This document shows positions 1 to 9,854 of a stretch of DNA of 64,000 bases, in pieces. The DNA is taken from the NCBI GenBank assembly GCA_017409825.1, contig JAFQRZ010000013.1:1503-65502 (forward strand). The letters are read 5' to 3'. The notes beneath the pieces were generated by a model. That model was not told the origin of the DNA and did no database searches. It saw only the letters and a program-made list of their open reading frames with translations. Origin of the DNA: Agathobacter sp. Lineage in GTDB: Bacteria; Bacillota; Clostridia; Lachnospirales; Lachnospiraceae. A program made the translations under genes and the position numbers. Within the stretch, counting starts at the first letter, position 1. Each line of letters begins with the position of its first letter.

Positions 1-118
1 TGGAAGCCAAAGTCTTGGTAGAAACCAGCACATCCGAAGTTTTTACTCTTCCTGAGCTGAGCATCCCCCACATCATAGCCTGTCCCATATTTCCACAACC
101 AATAAATCCGATTTTCAT
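1..118 (-). CDS. proC: pyrroline-5-carboxylate reductase, N-terminal fragment (gene continues past the left edge)
   Basis: Hand translation of minus strand from ATG at 118-116: MKIGFIGCGNMGQAMMWGMLSSGRVKTSDVLVSTKTLAS. The GFIGCGNMG start is typical of ProC. GAAAGGAAG RBS lies about 6 nt upstream. Not in ORF track because it is truncated. Confidence 0.5.
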   Translation of the reverse strand, partial: MKIGFIGCGNMGQAMMWGMLSSGRVKTSDVLVSTKTLAS

Positions 119-170
119 ACCTATCTTCCTTTCGAAATCCTATTCTTTTCGACAAAATTCGACAAATCGT

Positions 171-1421
171 TTATGAACGGTAATCTCCGTTAATCTTTAC
201 ATAATCATAGGTCAAATCACATCCCCAAGCTTTTGCTTCTGCATCCCCCTGGTTTAAATTAACCTGAATATAGATTTCGTCTGCACCTAATACAACCTTT
301 GCTTCCTCTTCCGAAAAAGCTACGCCTGCACCATTTCTACAAACAGCAACACATCCCTTTTCAGATGCCAAATCTACATCTACTTTATCAATATCAAATT
401 CTGCATCCGCATATCCAATCGCACAAAGCACACGTCCCCAGTTCGCATCTTCACCAAACATCGCACACTTAAACAATGGAGAACAAATAACACTCTTTGC
501 TACAATAATACCTGTATCCAAATCTGGCGCACCTGCACAGGTACACTCCAAAAGCTTCGTCGCACCTTCACCATCCTTTGCCAGCATCTTAGTTAAGTTC
601 ATAAGCACTTCATATAAGGCCGCTTTGAATACTTCGTACTCTTCATTTTCACTGGTAATCTTTTCATTCCCAGCCAAGCCGTTCGCCATTACGGTAAGCA
701 TATCGTTGGTCGAGGTATCTCCATCAACGCTCAGGCAATTATAGGTAATCTTTACGATTTCCGACAATGCTTTCTGTAAAAGCTCTGCATCAATGGCAAG
801 GTCTGTTGTCACAAAATTCAGTGTGGTCGCCATATTTGGGTGAATCATTCCACTTCCCTTTGCCATTCCTCCAACCACACAGGTCTTTCCACCTAACACA
901 AAAGATACCGCATATTCCTTCATCACCGTATCCGTTGTCATAATCGCATTAGCAGCTCTTTGGTTGCCATCATAGCTAAGACCTTCCACCAAAGCCTGCA
1001 TACTGTCTGCAATTGGCTCCATCGGAAGTATCTGACCGATGACACCAGTCGAAGCCACGATGACCTCTTCTGCTTTGATTTCCACGCCTTTTGCCAGCAA
1101 CGCATCTGCCGTTAGCTGACACATCTTCTGAGCCTTTTCCACGCCATCTGCATTGCAGGTATTGGCATTCTTGCTATTTACAATCACTGCTTTAGATTTC
1201 TTGCCAGACTTCTCCAAATTCGTCTTGGTCACGGTAATCGGAGCACCTTTCACCTTATTACTCGTGTATACAGCCGCCGTATCGCACAAAACATCCGATA
1301 CCACTAAGCCTAAGTCATTTTTATTCTTATCTGGATTAAGACCGCAATTTAAGCCATTTGCCTGAAATCCTTTTGCGGCACAAACTCCACCATCTATTTT
1401 CATCATCTTGCTTTCTAACAT
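171..1421 (-). CDS. argJ: bifunctional ornithine acetyltransferase / N-acetylglutamate synthase
   Basis: 416 aa. GGVCAAKGFQANG N-terminus, GMIHPNMATTLNFVTTD self-cleavage region, C-terminal INGDYRS. AAGGGAAG RBS upstream of ATG at 1421. Confidence 0.9.
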   Translation of the reverse strand: MLESKMMKIDGGVCAAKGFQANGLNCGLNPDKNKNDLGLVVSDVLCDTAAVYTSNKVKGAPITVTKTNLEKSGKKSKAVIVNSKNANTCNADGVEKAQKMCQLTADALLAKGVEIKAEEVIVASTGVIGQILPMEPIADSMQALVEGLSYDGNQRAANAIMTTDTVMKEYAVSFVLGGKTCVVGGMAKGSGMIHPNMATTLNFVTTDLAIDAELLQKALSEIVKITYNCLSVDGDTSTNDMLTVMANGLAGNEKITSENEEYEVFKAALYEVLMNLTKMLAKDGEGATKLLECTCAGAPDLDTGIIVAKSVICSPLFKCAMFGEDANWGRVLCAIGYADAEFDIDKVDVDLASEKGCVAVCRNGAGVAFSEEEAKVVLGADEIYIQVNLNQGDAEAKAWGCDLTYDYVKINGDYRS

Positions 1422-1477
1422 ATTTACTTCCCTTTCGTTTCTAAAAAGATACTCTTATTTTAAGCCTTTCTTCCCTA

Positions 1478-1517
1478 TAAATCAAGAAGACCCCGTATTC
1501 CATTTTAGAATACGGGG
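1478..1517 (-). terminator. rho-independent terminator after the MCP gene
   Basis: 10-bp perfect stem ccccgtattc (1491-1500) / gaatacgggg (1508-1517), followed on the minus strand by UCUUCUUGAU. Confidence 0.6.
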
Positions 1518-1536
1518 CATTCTTACATCTTATAGC

Positions 1537-3036
1537 TTACATATATTTATCCAACTGATGCGAAACATCCAATACATTGGAAAGTTCTGTCTTCGCATTT
1601 TCGGCATTGTCTAAGTTTTCTACTGTCATTTCTGTTGCCTGCATAGAAGAAGCTGTTACCTCTTCTGTGGTAGCAGAAAGATTTGAGATATTATCAACGA
1701 TTAAGTTGTTTGCCTCAGAAAGGCTTGTAAGCAGATTATCGATATTTTCGATTTCATCGATAAGACCATTTACATTATTGCTCATTTCTTCAAAGCTCTG
1801 CGATACCTGTTCAATCATCTGATCCTGAACACCTGCTGCCTCTACCGAACGACCAACCGCATCGGTTGCCTGCTGAGCATTCTGTGAAAGCTCTTCCAAG
1901 ATACGTGCGATATTTTCTGTTTCTACACGAGTCTTTTCTGCCAACTGCCTGATTTCGTCTGCTACTACTGCAAAACCACGACCAGCTTCCCCCGCACGTG
2001 CACTTTCGATAGATGCGTTCAAAGCAAGTAAGTTTGTCTGACTGGAAATTGAGAAAATCGTATCAGCGATACCTTTTACCGCCTGTGTACGTTCCTGTAA
2101 TGCCTTCATGGCTTCTGCTACATCACCATTAGTTTCTGCAATCACCTGCGACTGCTGTTTCAAATCGCCCATAAGCACTAAGTTCTGCTGGTTCAATTCG
2201 TTCGACTGCTGTGCTACGCGAACCATGTTTTCAGAACTTTCAATCGTAACCTGAATGGACTCCTGAATATTCTGTGTCATTGTAGTCTGTGTCTGAATGC
2301 TTTCCGATGTGCTATATGTACTATTTGAAATATCTTTCATCGCATTATTAACGACTTCAGAAGATTCATTCAGCTGATTGATAATCTGCATTGCATTTTC
2401 TGTACCTTTACGAACTTCATCTGCTACGTTAAGTACGTCATCCATAATTTCCTTCTGACGTGCCTGCTCTGCTACTGCAGCTCCAACTGAATGGTCATTA
2501 TATAATTTTGCTACACTACCAGTTAAGATAATGATTGCAACCATAAGAAGTACTGCACTATATACAAATGCAAAGTCAATTACATCTTTGCCACCTAAGT
2601 TTTCGCCACTTGCCAGCTTATAACCAATCGCAAGTGTCATAGATGCAATATATGCAATACCCGAAATGATACTATATTTCTTGTCAAAATATAAAATACC
2701 ACCAATTAATACAAACCCACCAATCAAAACAGCAAAGTCCTGCGAATAAGCAAACGCGATAATCCAGCCAATCATACACTGTCCAACTAACTGGATATAT
2801 CTAAGCTTGGTGCTCTTTTTGTTTCTCAGATATGCTACCCAGGAAACTACCAAAGTAATCGCTACCATCGCAATAATCAAACCACAAAAACCAGGAGAAC
2901 GCTCTCCTCTTAATGCTGAAATCGCCAGCAACGCCATAATGTACACAAAGTACGCGGTAACTGCTAATACCATGAATTGATTGGTACGAATCAGCTGCTC
3001 TGTTTTGTCCGCAAAGCGGAATTCCTTATTTTCCAT
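1537..3036 (-). CDS. methyl-accepting chemotaxis protein
   Basis: 499 aa. Multi-TM N-terminus. Conserved signalling hairpin [37 protein letters not shown]. Confidence 0.9.
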   Translation of the reverse strand: MENKEFRFADKTEQLIRTNQFMVLAVTAYFVYIMALLAISALRGERSPGFCGLIIAMVAITLVVSWVAYLRNKKSTKLRYIQLVGQCMIGWIIAFAYSQDFAVLIGGFVLIGGILYFDKKYSIISGIAYIASMTLAIGYKLASGENLGGKDVIDFAFVYSAVLLMVAIIILTGSVAKLYNDHSVGAAVAEQARQKEIMDDVLNVADEVRKGTENAMQIINQLNESSEVVNNAMKDISNSTYSTSESIQTQTTMTQNIQESIQVTIESSENMVRVAQQSNELNQQNLVLMGDLKQQSQVIAETNGDVAEAMKALQERTQAVKGIADTIFSISSQTNLLALNASIESARAGEAGRGFAVVADEIRQLAEKTRVETENIARILEELSQNAQQATDAVGRSVEAAGVQDQMIEQVSQSFEEMSNNVNGLIDEIENIDNLLTSLSEANNLIVDNISNLSATTEEVTASSMQATEMTVENLDNAENAKTELSNVLDVSHQLDKYM

Positions 3037-3146
3037 TCTTATTTTCCTCCTAAGTATAACCCCATATTCGTTTTGTGGTTAAAACTTATATATATTATAT
3101 CATGAACACAATATATTGTATATCATTTTATAATTTCTTTACCAAA

Positions 3147-4481
3147 CTACTCCACTTCTTCCATGATGCTCTTGTAAGCAGGACGGATAATCTTGTTCAT
3201 ACCGATCATTTCTTCGATACGGTGCGCACTCCATCCTACGATACGTGCAATCGCAAAAAGTGGTGTATAAAGCTCCTGTGGAATATCCAGCATCTCATAA
3301 ACAAATCCACTGTAAAAGTCGACGTTTGGACTAACGCCCTTGAAAATATGGCGTTTTTCTGCAATAAGCTCTGGTGCCAGTTCTTCGATTAAATTGTAAA
3401 GATGCATCTGTTTATCCTGGCCCTTTGCTACTGCAAGCTCTTCTACATAGCCCTTGAAAATACGTTCACGAGGGTCAGATAAAGAATATACCGCATGACC
3501 CATACCATAGATAAGTCCCTTTTTATCGAAAACTTCTCCATTTAACATACGAGCCAGATATGCTTTTACTTCTTCACGGTCTTCCCAATCATTTACATTG
3601 GTACGGATATCGTCCATCATTTCCATAACCTTGATATTAGCACCACCATGTTTTGGTCCTTTGAGAGAAGACATCGCTGCTGCAATTGCTGAATATGTAT
3701 CTGTACCAGCTGAGGTAACCACACGAGTCGTAAATGTCGAGTTATTACCACCACCATGCTCCATGTGAAGCATAAGTGCTACGTCTAATACCTTTGCTTC
3801 CAACTCGGTATACTTCTGGTCAGGACGAAGCATCTTGAGGAAGTTCTCCGCAGTGGAAAGCTTTGGATCTGGTCTATGAATATACATACTATCCCCATTA
3901 TCGTAGTGGTTGTATGCATGATAAGCATATACCGCCAAAAGTGGGAAATTCGCAATCAACTGAATACACTGACGCAAGCTGTTTTCCACACTTGCATCAG
4001 ATGTCTGTCCATCATAAGAAGCCAATGTAAGAATACTTCTTGTCATGGAATTCATGATATCCTTGGAAGGTGCTTTCATGATAACGTCTCTGGTAAAGTT
4101 CGTAGGCACTCTACGACAATCCCCCAACACTGTTGAAAATTCTGCTAATTCTTCTGCTGTAGGCAATTCTCCAAACAAAAGCAAATACGCTGTTTTTTCA
4201 AAGCCAAATTCCGTCTCACCCAAATCATCAATTAAGTTGTTTACCTGATATCCACGATACCAGAGTTCACCTTCACAAGGTGTCTTCACTCCATCGATAT
4301 TTTTAAAAGAGATTACCTTCGAAATGGTCGTAAGACCGGTCAAAACACCCTTACCATTTTCATCACGAAGACCTCTATTCACCCCAAATTTACGAAATAA
4401 ATCTTCTGGAATTGTGTCTACTTTCACGCACAAATCCTTTTTACCTTCTGCATAAGCCTTTACTTGATCTTTGTATGACAT
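3147..4481 (-). CDS. citrate synthase
   Basis: 444 aa. MLHMEHGGGNNSTF and GMGHAVYSLSDPR active-site motifs, and VDFYSG. Confidence 0.9.
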   Translation of the reverse strand: MSYKDQVKAYAEGKKDLCVKVDTIPEDLFRKFGVNRGLRDENGKGVLTGLTTISKVISFKNIDGVKTPCEGELWYRGYQVNNLIDDLGETEFGFEKTAYLLLFGELPTAEELAEFSTVLGDCRRVPTNFTRDVIMKAPSKDIMNSMTRSILTLASYDGQTSDASVENSLRQCIQLIANFPLLAVYAYHAYNHYDNGDSMYIHRPDPKLSTAENFLKMLRPDQKYTELEAKVLDVALMLHMEHGGGNNSTFTTRVVTSAGTDTYSAIAAAMSSLKGPKHGGANIKVMEMMDDIRTNVNDWEDREEVKAYLARMLNGEVFDKKGLIYGMGHAVYSLSDPRERIFKGYVEELAVAKGQDKQMHLYNLIEELAPELIAEKRHIFKGVSPNVDFYSGFVYEMLDIPQELYTPLFAIARIVGWSAHRIEEMIGMNKIIRPAYKSIMEEVE

Positions 4482-4535
4482 ATTTTATCACTCCTATTCC
4501 TCATTACTCACCTATATGTCATAGGCTGCAAAATT

Positions 4536-6896
4536 TTACATTTGAATACCGTAATAGTTCAAGTGTACCTCCAATTCCGGAGTAATCGCACCACCTGCTG
4601 CTACATAACGGTCAAATAATACTTTTTCTTTCTCGCGCTTACGCGCCGCAATAATATTGCTCTTTGTGAAGAGCTCCTTGTACATCGGATTCTCTTCCAA
4701 TTTCCTTCGTACCTCAGCCTTAAATGGCACATATTCCGAAATGATACGACGCGAAACCTTATTCAAGCGGAAATTCCCCTGAGATTCGTACTTCATCCAT
4801 CCCATATAATCCGCCACGAAAACTTCACGGTAATTGTTTTTCGCATGTACCAAATCCGCTTTCACTTTCTCTTTTGCCTGCTGAGACAAATCTCTATTCT
4901 TACGATAGAACTGAATGTAATCATAAAACTCGGAAGTCAATGATTTCTCACGAATGTCATTCCACCGCACACCAAGAATCTTACGACAAATTTCCCAACG
5001 ATATCTACCGATTGTTTCTAACATCATATCTGGAAGCTCGTTACTTGTCATAACAGGGAAAATAAATCGAGCTGGTGTATCTCGTTTTACACCTGCTGTT
5101 TCCTGCCACATCATCGCTCTGCTACCGATATTCGGCATAAGAATAACATCAGGAAGCACTTCCTTCATGATTTCTGTACGTTCAATTCCATATTTCGGAG
5201 AAGCAAAGAATACTTCTCGGTAGAAGCAGGAATAATCCAGCTCTCGAATATTATCAATCGCCGCATTAATCGTAATAGAAGATACGATAAGCTGGTCGAT
5301 GGAACGCATAAAGTCCTTATTGTGAAGCACTGGACAAAATGTAGTAATACGACCATAGGTAATACGGTTGTTAGTCATAAACATGTTGTGGATTTCGAAT
5401 TGCACCTTTTTGAGCTGGTCGCGTTTCAATACATTTTCTTCTTCACGCGTAATCTCATGATTCTTACGCATTTCCAGCAAATGTCCCATATAATCCACAT
5501 CAAACTCATTCTTAGAAGGTTCCTTTTCCCCGCGGTATACTAAGCACAACCACTGGTACGCAGAATACACATGACTGAAGTTTTCTCCTTCTGCGTCACG
5601 TTCCTTCTGCTCCTTCCACTGATTATCCAAAAGCTCACTAATCGCCATAAGCTCATCCAAATGATGCTCGCCTGCCATCTGCAAATCCAGAACACCAAAA
5701 TTGAAAAACAGCTTCATAACCGTCGAAATCGTTCTCGCATGTACTGCACGCAAGAATGCTTTCTCATAAATCTCATAGAACACCTTCGTCAATGCTCTAC
5801 GAGTCTTTTGCATCTCTGGTGTATAATCCTGTACTTCCGCAATCTCTGCATATTCCGCAATCAGCTTCTTGCAGGCATTGATTTCATCCTGCTCATAGCC
5901 CGCATACTTCATAATATACGTCGCAAAATCCGTCTTAAGCACCTGCTCACGTGTCAAAATCTCAGCGACTTCACCATCTTGATTTTCTTCAACTTCCACA
6001 TGACTCTGATGATTCTGTACGAAATCATGAAAATCCATCGACTTATAATAGCCTAGACGATTCTCAATTTCTTCTTCCTTATAGAAACCAGTTCTTCTTA
6101 AGAAGCCTTCCAGCTCCGCTACACGTTTGTCTACATTATCTGTGCCATCGCCTCTTAATGCATATTTCATCGCCAAATCATACCAAAGCTCCAATAAGTC
6201 CTCGTCTTCACGAAGAAGCTCTTCTTTGGCACGCTGCATATATTCCTTCAACGCATCCATATTTGCAATCATACGACTCATAATTTCTGCCAGCTGCAAA
6301 AGGACACCGATGGTCAAATCTTCTTTTTCATTATAGAAATAGCGCAAATTCTTCTCTGGCATTTCCATCAAATCGCGGAAATATCCAGTTTCCCAGGAAC
6401 GGATTGGTTCTGGCTCAAAAATTTCAGAAAGCTCGCCGATTTCTACTTCCTTCATATCAAAATCAGCCTGAGCGCAGTGAATCTCATAATCACTATACTG
6501 CTTGGCAACAAAGTCGGAAATCTCATTCGCAGCATCCTTCAACGCTCTATAGCTATCGTAAATGGTTCTGTACTGTTTGATCGCCGCATACAGAAACGCA
6601 TAGCAATACTTCGGCTGTTCTTTAAAAATCGCCTTGTAATCCTCTGGCGACTCATATTTGTAGGAAGCAATCAAGGAATCCTCTGCTGCCACATAATCAC
6701 AAATATATTCATCCGAAAGGCCCAGCATAAATCCAACTACACTACCAGTCCCCAGTGTAATCTGATTATACTCCGTCTGTAAGTTTACAGACCCGCGCAA
6801 AACGATATAAATCGCCTTTGTCGTCTCGCCCTTACGAACCAAATGTTCATTTTTCTTTAGTTGAATTGCTACCAAACGAATCCCTTCTTTCCCCAA
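4536..6896 (-). CDS. hypothetical 786-aa protein with N-terminal cyclic-nucleotide-binding-like (cupin barrel) domain
   Basis: N-terminus LVRKGETTKAIYIVLRGSVNL...GSVVGF resembles cNMP-binding/Crp-type barrels. I do not recognise the remainder. The only in-frame start after the upstream TGA is TTG at 6896, with GGTGGA 13 nt upstream. Confidence 0.6.
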   Translation of the reverse strand: MGKEGIRLVAIQLKKNEHLVRKGETTKAIYIVLRGSVNLQTEYNQITLGTGSVVGFMLGLSDEYICDYVAAEDSLIASYKYESPEDYKAIFKEQPKYCYAFLYAAIKQYRTIYDSYRALKDAANEISDFVAKQYSDYEIHCAQADFDMKEVEIGELSEIFEPEPIRSWETGYFRDLMEMPEKNLRYFYNEKEDLTIGVLLQLAEIMSRMIANMDALKEYMQRAKEELLREDEDLLELWYDLAMKYALRGDGTDNVDKRVAELEGFLRRTGFYKEEEIENRLGYYKSMDFHDFVQNHQSHVEVEENQDGEVAEILTREQVLKTDFATYIMKYAGYEQDEINACKKLIAEYAEIAEVQDYTPEMQKTRRALTKVFYEIYEKAFLRAVHARTISTVMKLFFNFGVLDLQMAGEHHLDELMAISELLDNQWKEQKERDAEGENFSHVYSAYQWLCLVYRGEKEPSKNEFDVDYMGHLLEMRKNHEITREEENVLKRDQLKKVQFEIHNMFMTNNRITYGRITTFCPVLHNKDFMRSIDQLIVSSITINAAIDNIRELDYSCFYREVFFASPKYGIERTEIMKEVLPDVILMPNIGSRAMMWQETAGVKRDTPARFIFPVMTSNELPDMMLETIGRYRWEICRKILGVRWNDIREKSLTSEFYDYIQFYRKNRDLSQQAKEKVKADLVHAKNNYREVFVADYMGWMKYESQGNFRLNKVSRRIISEYVPFKAEVRRKLEENPMYKELFTKSNIIAARKREKEKVLFDRYVAAGGAITPELEVHLNYYGIQM

Positions 6897-6940
6897 TAGA
6901 AATTCTTGTCCACCATAACAAGCATTATATCACAAAAATT

Positions 6941-8680
6941 TTATTCCCTCAACACCTGAAATGCACGATATACATTCAACTTTCCATAGCCCCATTCGGT
7001 ATTCGGATAGGTTCGATTTGACTCTCGTTCACAGCCGCGTATCAGCAGATTCTTCACCTCTACCGAATTCATCGTAGGGGCATTGCCTCGGAGTATCCCC
7101 CATTCTAGCGCAAGAGCTGCCGCCCCTGCACTAATCGCTGCAGCAGCACTCGTTCCCGTCTGCTCTACATAATTTCCACGCAAATCTGCACCAGACACAT
7201 TTACCGAAGGCGCACAAAATTCTGGTTTCACCTGTCCAGTACCAGAAAAACCCCGTCCCGACTGCAAGAATCTTGCACCCGTCAAACCATCGTATCCACC
7301 TGCAGTAATTGCCAGCTCTGTCATCCCCGGTGTCGTAACAGTGGTATCCGGATTCGGCTCAATAAAGCGGATATCATTTCCTACCAAAGGCTGAATCGGC
7401 AGCCAGATATGAAAGGCTCCCGTGATCGCATTTACTGGATAAACATACACCGTCCATATTCCGGCTGCTGGTCGGGAAAATCGAAAAAACACAACCAAAT
7501 CCCCACTCTCCTTTCCAGCAATCCGATAATCCAACGTCAGCACCGTATTCTCAAATACGAAATTGGTCGTCTGTGTTTCTTCCGACACTGGAAATCCCCC
7601 TTGACTCCGCTGTCCCGTCGGTGACTGCACTACAACGCGCACCAGCTCCGGTGCATACGCCCAAAGCTCCATACAAAATCCCGCAAAGCCTTCTTCCACA
7701 TTAATCTCCACGGGGACTGGATTTAAGACTGAGGTTGCCTCCCCGTAGAAATGATGCTGTGCTGATGCCTGATTCCCTGCTGGCACCACAACCACTCTCC
7801 CAATCTGTGCCGCAATATCATCCAAAAGCCTTGACAATGGTCCCGCCCCTGTATGACTTCCCTGATTGCTTCCTACCCCCAAAAGAATTACAAGTGGCTT
7901 TTGCTCTCTTCTGGCAACCGCATCCAAATATGCTACCCCAGCCATAATATCATTCTCCTGATACAGAGGTTCCACATCTGAATAATAGAAAAAATCTTTT
8001 AAATTCTGTTTCGCTTCCTTAAGCTTCACGATTACCAATTCGCTCATGGGTGCAGCCCCGATAAAATCATTGATGGGATCTGCACTTCCCGCCGCAATAC
8101 TGGCAAGATAGGTTCCGTGTCCATTCGTATCATTTTCTGGTACGATTACTTGTGGAGCCTCAGAATTTAAAGCTTCATTGATTTGCTCACGAGTATATTC
8201 GACACCGTATTCCATTTGAAACATCTGCGTGGCATCCAATCGTTCCGTCGCTAATGCTCGGTTGCCAACTTCTTCCACGTTCTCGCTCTGCGCAACTGCA
8301 GTTTGATCCCATATCGACACGATCCTCGTCTGCCCAGCGCCAGCCTGAAACAGCGGATTCGTATAATCAATCCCTGTATCAATAATTCCCACCAATATCC
8401 CTTCACCTTTTAAGGACAAAGCAGGCTGGTTCTGAATGGCAAGAATCCCACTCACATCTAAACTTGTACTATCCATAAGAGAAAATAACTTCGGAATCGA
8501 AGTATAAGAATAACGACTAATCGAAAGCGGTGGCACCGTACTCCTGTCGTAATATAAAATATCATAATTTCGATTAATCGACTGAACGCATATCGGTGCA
8601 ATCAAAGGTGTATTTCTTTCGTCACTTGATACGATAAAATCGTAAACATCATTGGACTGAATCATTTCGGAACAAGGCAT
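6941..8680 (-). CDS. S8 family serine peptidase, Csp-like (clostridial germination protease family architecture)
   Basis: 579 aa. Triad motifs GIIDTGIDYTNPLF (D), DTNGHGTYLASIAAG (H), GTSAAAAISAGAAALA (S). About 90-aa N-terminal prodomain, no signal peptide, size matches CspB/CspC. Confidence 0.8.
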   Translation of the reverse strand: MPCSEMIQSNDVYDFIVSSDERNTPLIAPICVQSINRNYDILYYDRSTVPPLSISRYSYTSIPKLFSLMDSTSLDVSGILAIQNQPALSLKGEGILVGIIDTGIDYTNPLFQAGAGQTRIVSIWDQTAVAQSENVEEVGNRALATERLDATQMFQMEYGVEYTREQINEALNSEAPQVIVPENDTNGHGTYLASIAAGSADPINDFIGAAPMSELVIVKLKEAKQNLKDFFYYSDVEPLYQENDIMAGVAYLDAVARREQKPLVILLGVGSNQGSHTGAGPLSRLLDDIAAQIGRVVVVPAGNQASAQHHFYGEATSVLNPVPVEINVEEGFAGFCMELWAYAPELVRVVVQSPTGQRSQGGFPVSEETQTTNFVFENTVLTLDYRIAGKESGDLVVFFRFSRPAAGIWTVYVYPVNAITGAFHIWLPIQPLVGNDIRFIEPNPDTTVTTPGMTELAITAGGYDGLTGARFLQSGRGFSGTGQVKPEFCAPSVNVSGADLRGNYVEQTGTSAAAAISAGAAALALEWGILRGNAPTMNSVEVKNLLIRGCERESNRTYPNTEWGYGKLNVYRAFQVLRE

Positions 8681-8731
8681 AAAATGCTCCTAGAATCCAT
8701 ATTGCTATATTCTATGCGTGAGAAATAGCTT

Positions 8732-9187
8732 CTATGCTGTCATCGCATTTAATTTTTTCGCATGCTCTCTAACAACACTTTGTACTACTTCCATATTCAT
8801 TTCAAGAGCCTCTATTTTTGCAGTTCCGTCTTGGTATCTCTCACTTGTAGAAATATAACACGCTTCTATATGATCAAGACGAGGCTCTATAATATTCTCC
8901 ATTCGAAGTAATATATTATGTACCTCTTTCGATAAACGCTGGTCCACCTCATCTATCTTTGCTGATAAGCGCTGGTCCACCTCGTCTATCTTCGCTGATA
9001 AACGCTGGTCCACCTCGTCTATCTTCGCTGATAAACGCTGGTCCACCTCATCTATCTTCGCTTCAACTCTGTCGATTCGTTTATTTAAGGAGTCTTCCAC
9101 CCTGTCAATTCGATGTTCTAACGTTTTTGTATTTTTGCCAACAATATCGGAAATAGCCAATAATAATTCATTATCTGTCATGTTCAA
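8732..9187 (-). CDS. hypothetical coiled-coil protein with 11-aa tandem repeats
   Basis: 151 aa. RLSAKIDEVDQ x4 preceded by related RIDRVE(D/A) units. No TM segment or signal peptide. Confidence 0.6.
   Translation of the reverse strand: MNMTDNELLLAISDIVGKNTKTLEHRIDRVEDSLNKRIDRVEAKIDEVDQRLSAKIDEVDQRLSAKIDEVDQRLSAKIDEVDQRLSKEVHNILLRMENIIEPRLDHIEACYISTSERYQDGTAKIEALEMNMEVVQSVVREHAKKLNAMTA
8931..9062. repeat. 4 x 33-bp near-perfect tandem repeat (in-frame, inside the 151-aa ORF)
   Basis: Units 8931-8963, 8964-8996, 8997-9029, 9030-9062 (gataaacgctggtccacctcrtctatcttygct), differing by 1-3 nt. Confidence 0.95.
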
Positions 9188-9227
9188 TCACCTCTCATTT
9201 TTTGATCTAAGATAACAGTCTTTCAAA

Positions 9228-9287
9228 GAAAAAAGATAAAAAGAAAAAAGACACGATATGATTCGTATATACAAATCATATCATGTC
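9228..9287 (-). terminator. rho-independent terminator ending the type IV pilus operon
   Basis: Stem 9250-9263 / 9274-9287 (core gatatgatt/aatcatatc, one mismatch), followed on the minus strand by a long U-tract (plus-strand A-run 9222-9249). Confidence 0.8.
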
Positions 9288-9326
9288 CTAACTTTAACAT
9301 ATCACGAGCAACTATGCAATAGCTTT

Positions 9327-9854
9327 TTATTTATATTCAAAATACGTAAGCTCTACAGTCACGTGACAAGAATCTTCGCCCATCGATATATGTACATCCT
9401 TAATCAGGGAGCGGTATTCACTATCATAAATCTGCTGCAAAATGGACTTGGAAGCCTCGTAGCTACCACAATCATACGACAAATTAATATGACGTCTTAC
9501 AGTGCTTTCTTCTTCCTCTACACTAGCAAAGCTTACACTGTACTGCTGTGCATTCTTTAGGATGAATGACAAACTGCTCATCACATTCTGGCTGTTATCA
9601 AATGCTGGAAGTTCCTTCACATTCCCCATTTCACCAGCAGCAATGGCATCCAATTCACTCTTCATCTGGTTCATTTTCTCAACCTGGGCATCCAAAAGCA
9701 CATTCTGCTCTTCCAAGAAAATCATTTCGTTCTTGTAATCTGCTATCTTTTGCAGTACTGGTGTATAGAATGCATAGTAATATCCACAGATGACGAGCAA
9801 TACGACCAAAATACACATTAACACCTTTTCTCTAACGGTAAGTTGCTTTTTCAT
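9327..9854 (-). CDS. pilO: type IV pilus assembly protein PilO
   Basis: 175 aa. Single N-terminal TM then coiled coil. Last gene of the pilMNO set. ATG shares 1 nt with the pilN stop (TAATG). Confidence 0.7.
   Translation of the reverse strand: MKKQLTVREKVLMCILVVLLVICGYYYAFYTPVLQKIADYKNEMIFLEEQNVLLDAQVEKMNQMKSELDAIAAGEMGNVKELPAFDNSQNVMSSLSFILKNAQQYSVSFASVEEEESTVRRHINLSYDCGSYEASKSILQQIYDSEYRSLIKDVHISMGEDSCHVTVELTYFEYK

Noticed and set aside
8931-9062. Tandem repeats (also 49965-50195 and 58397-58570) considered as CRISPR arrays
   Set aside because: The units are directly adjacent with no spacers. They are in frame inside ORFs and encode regular peptide repeats. No cas genes are present.
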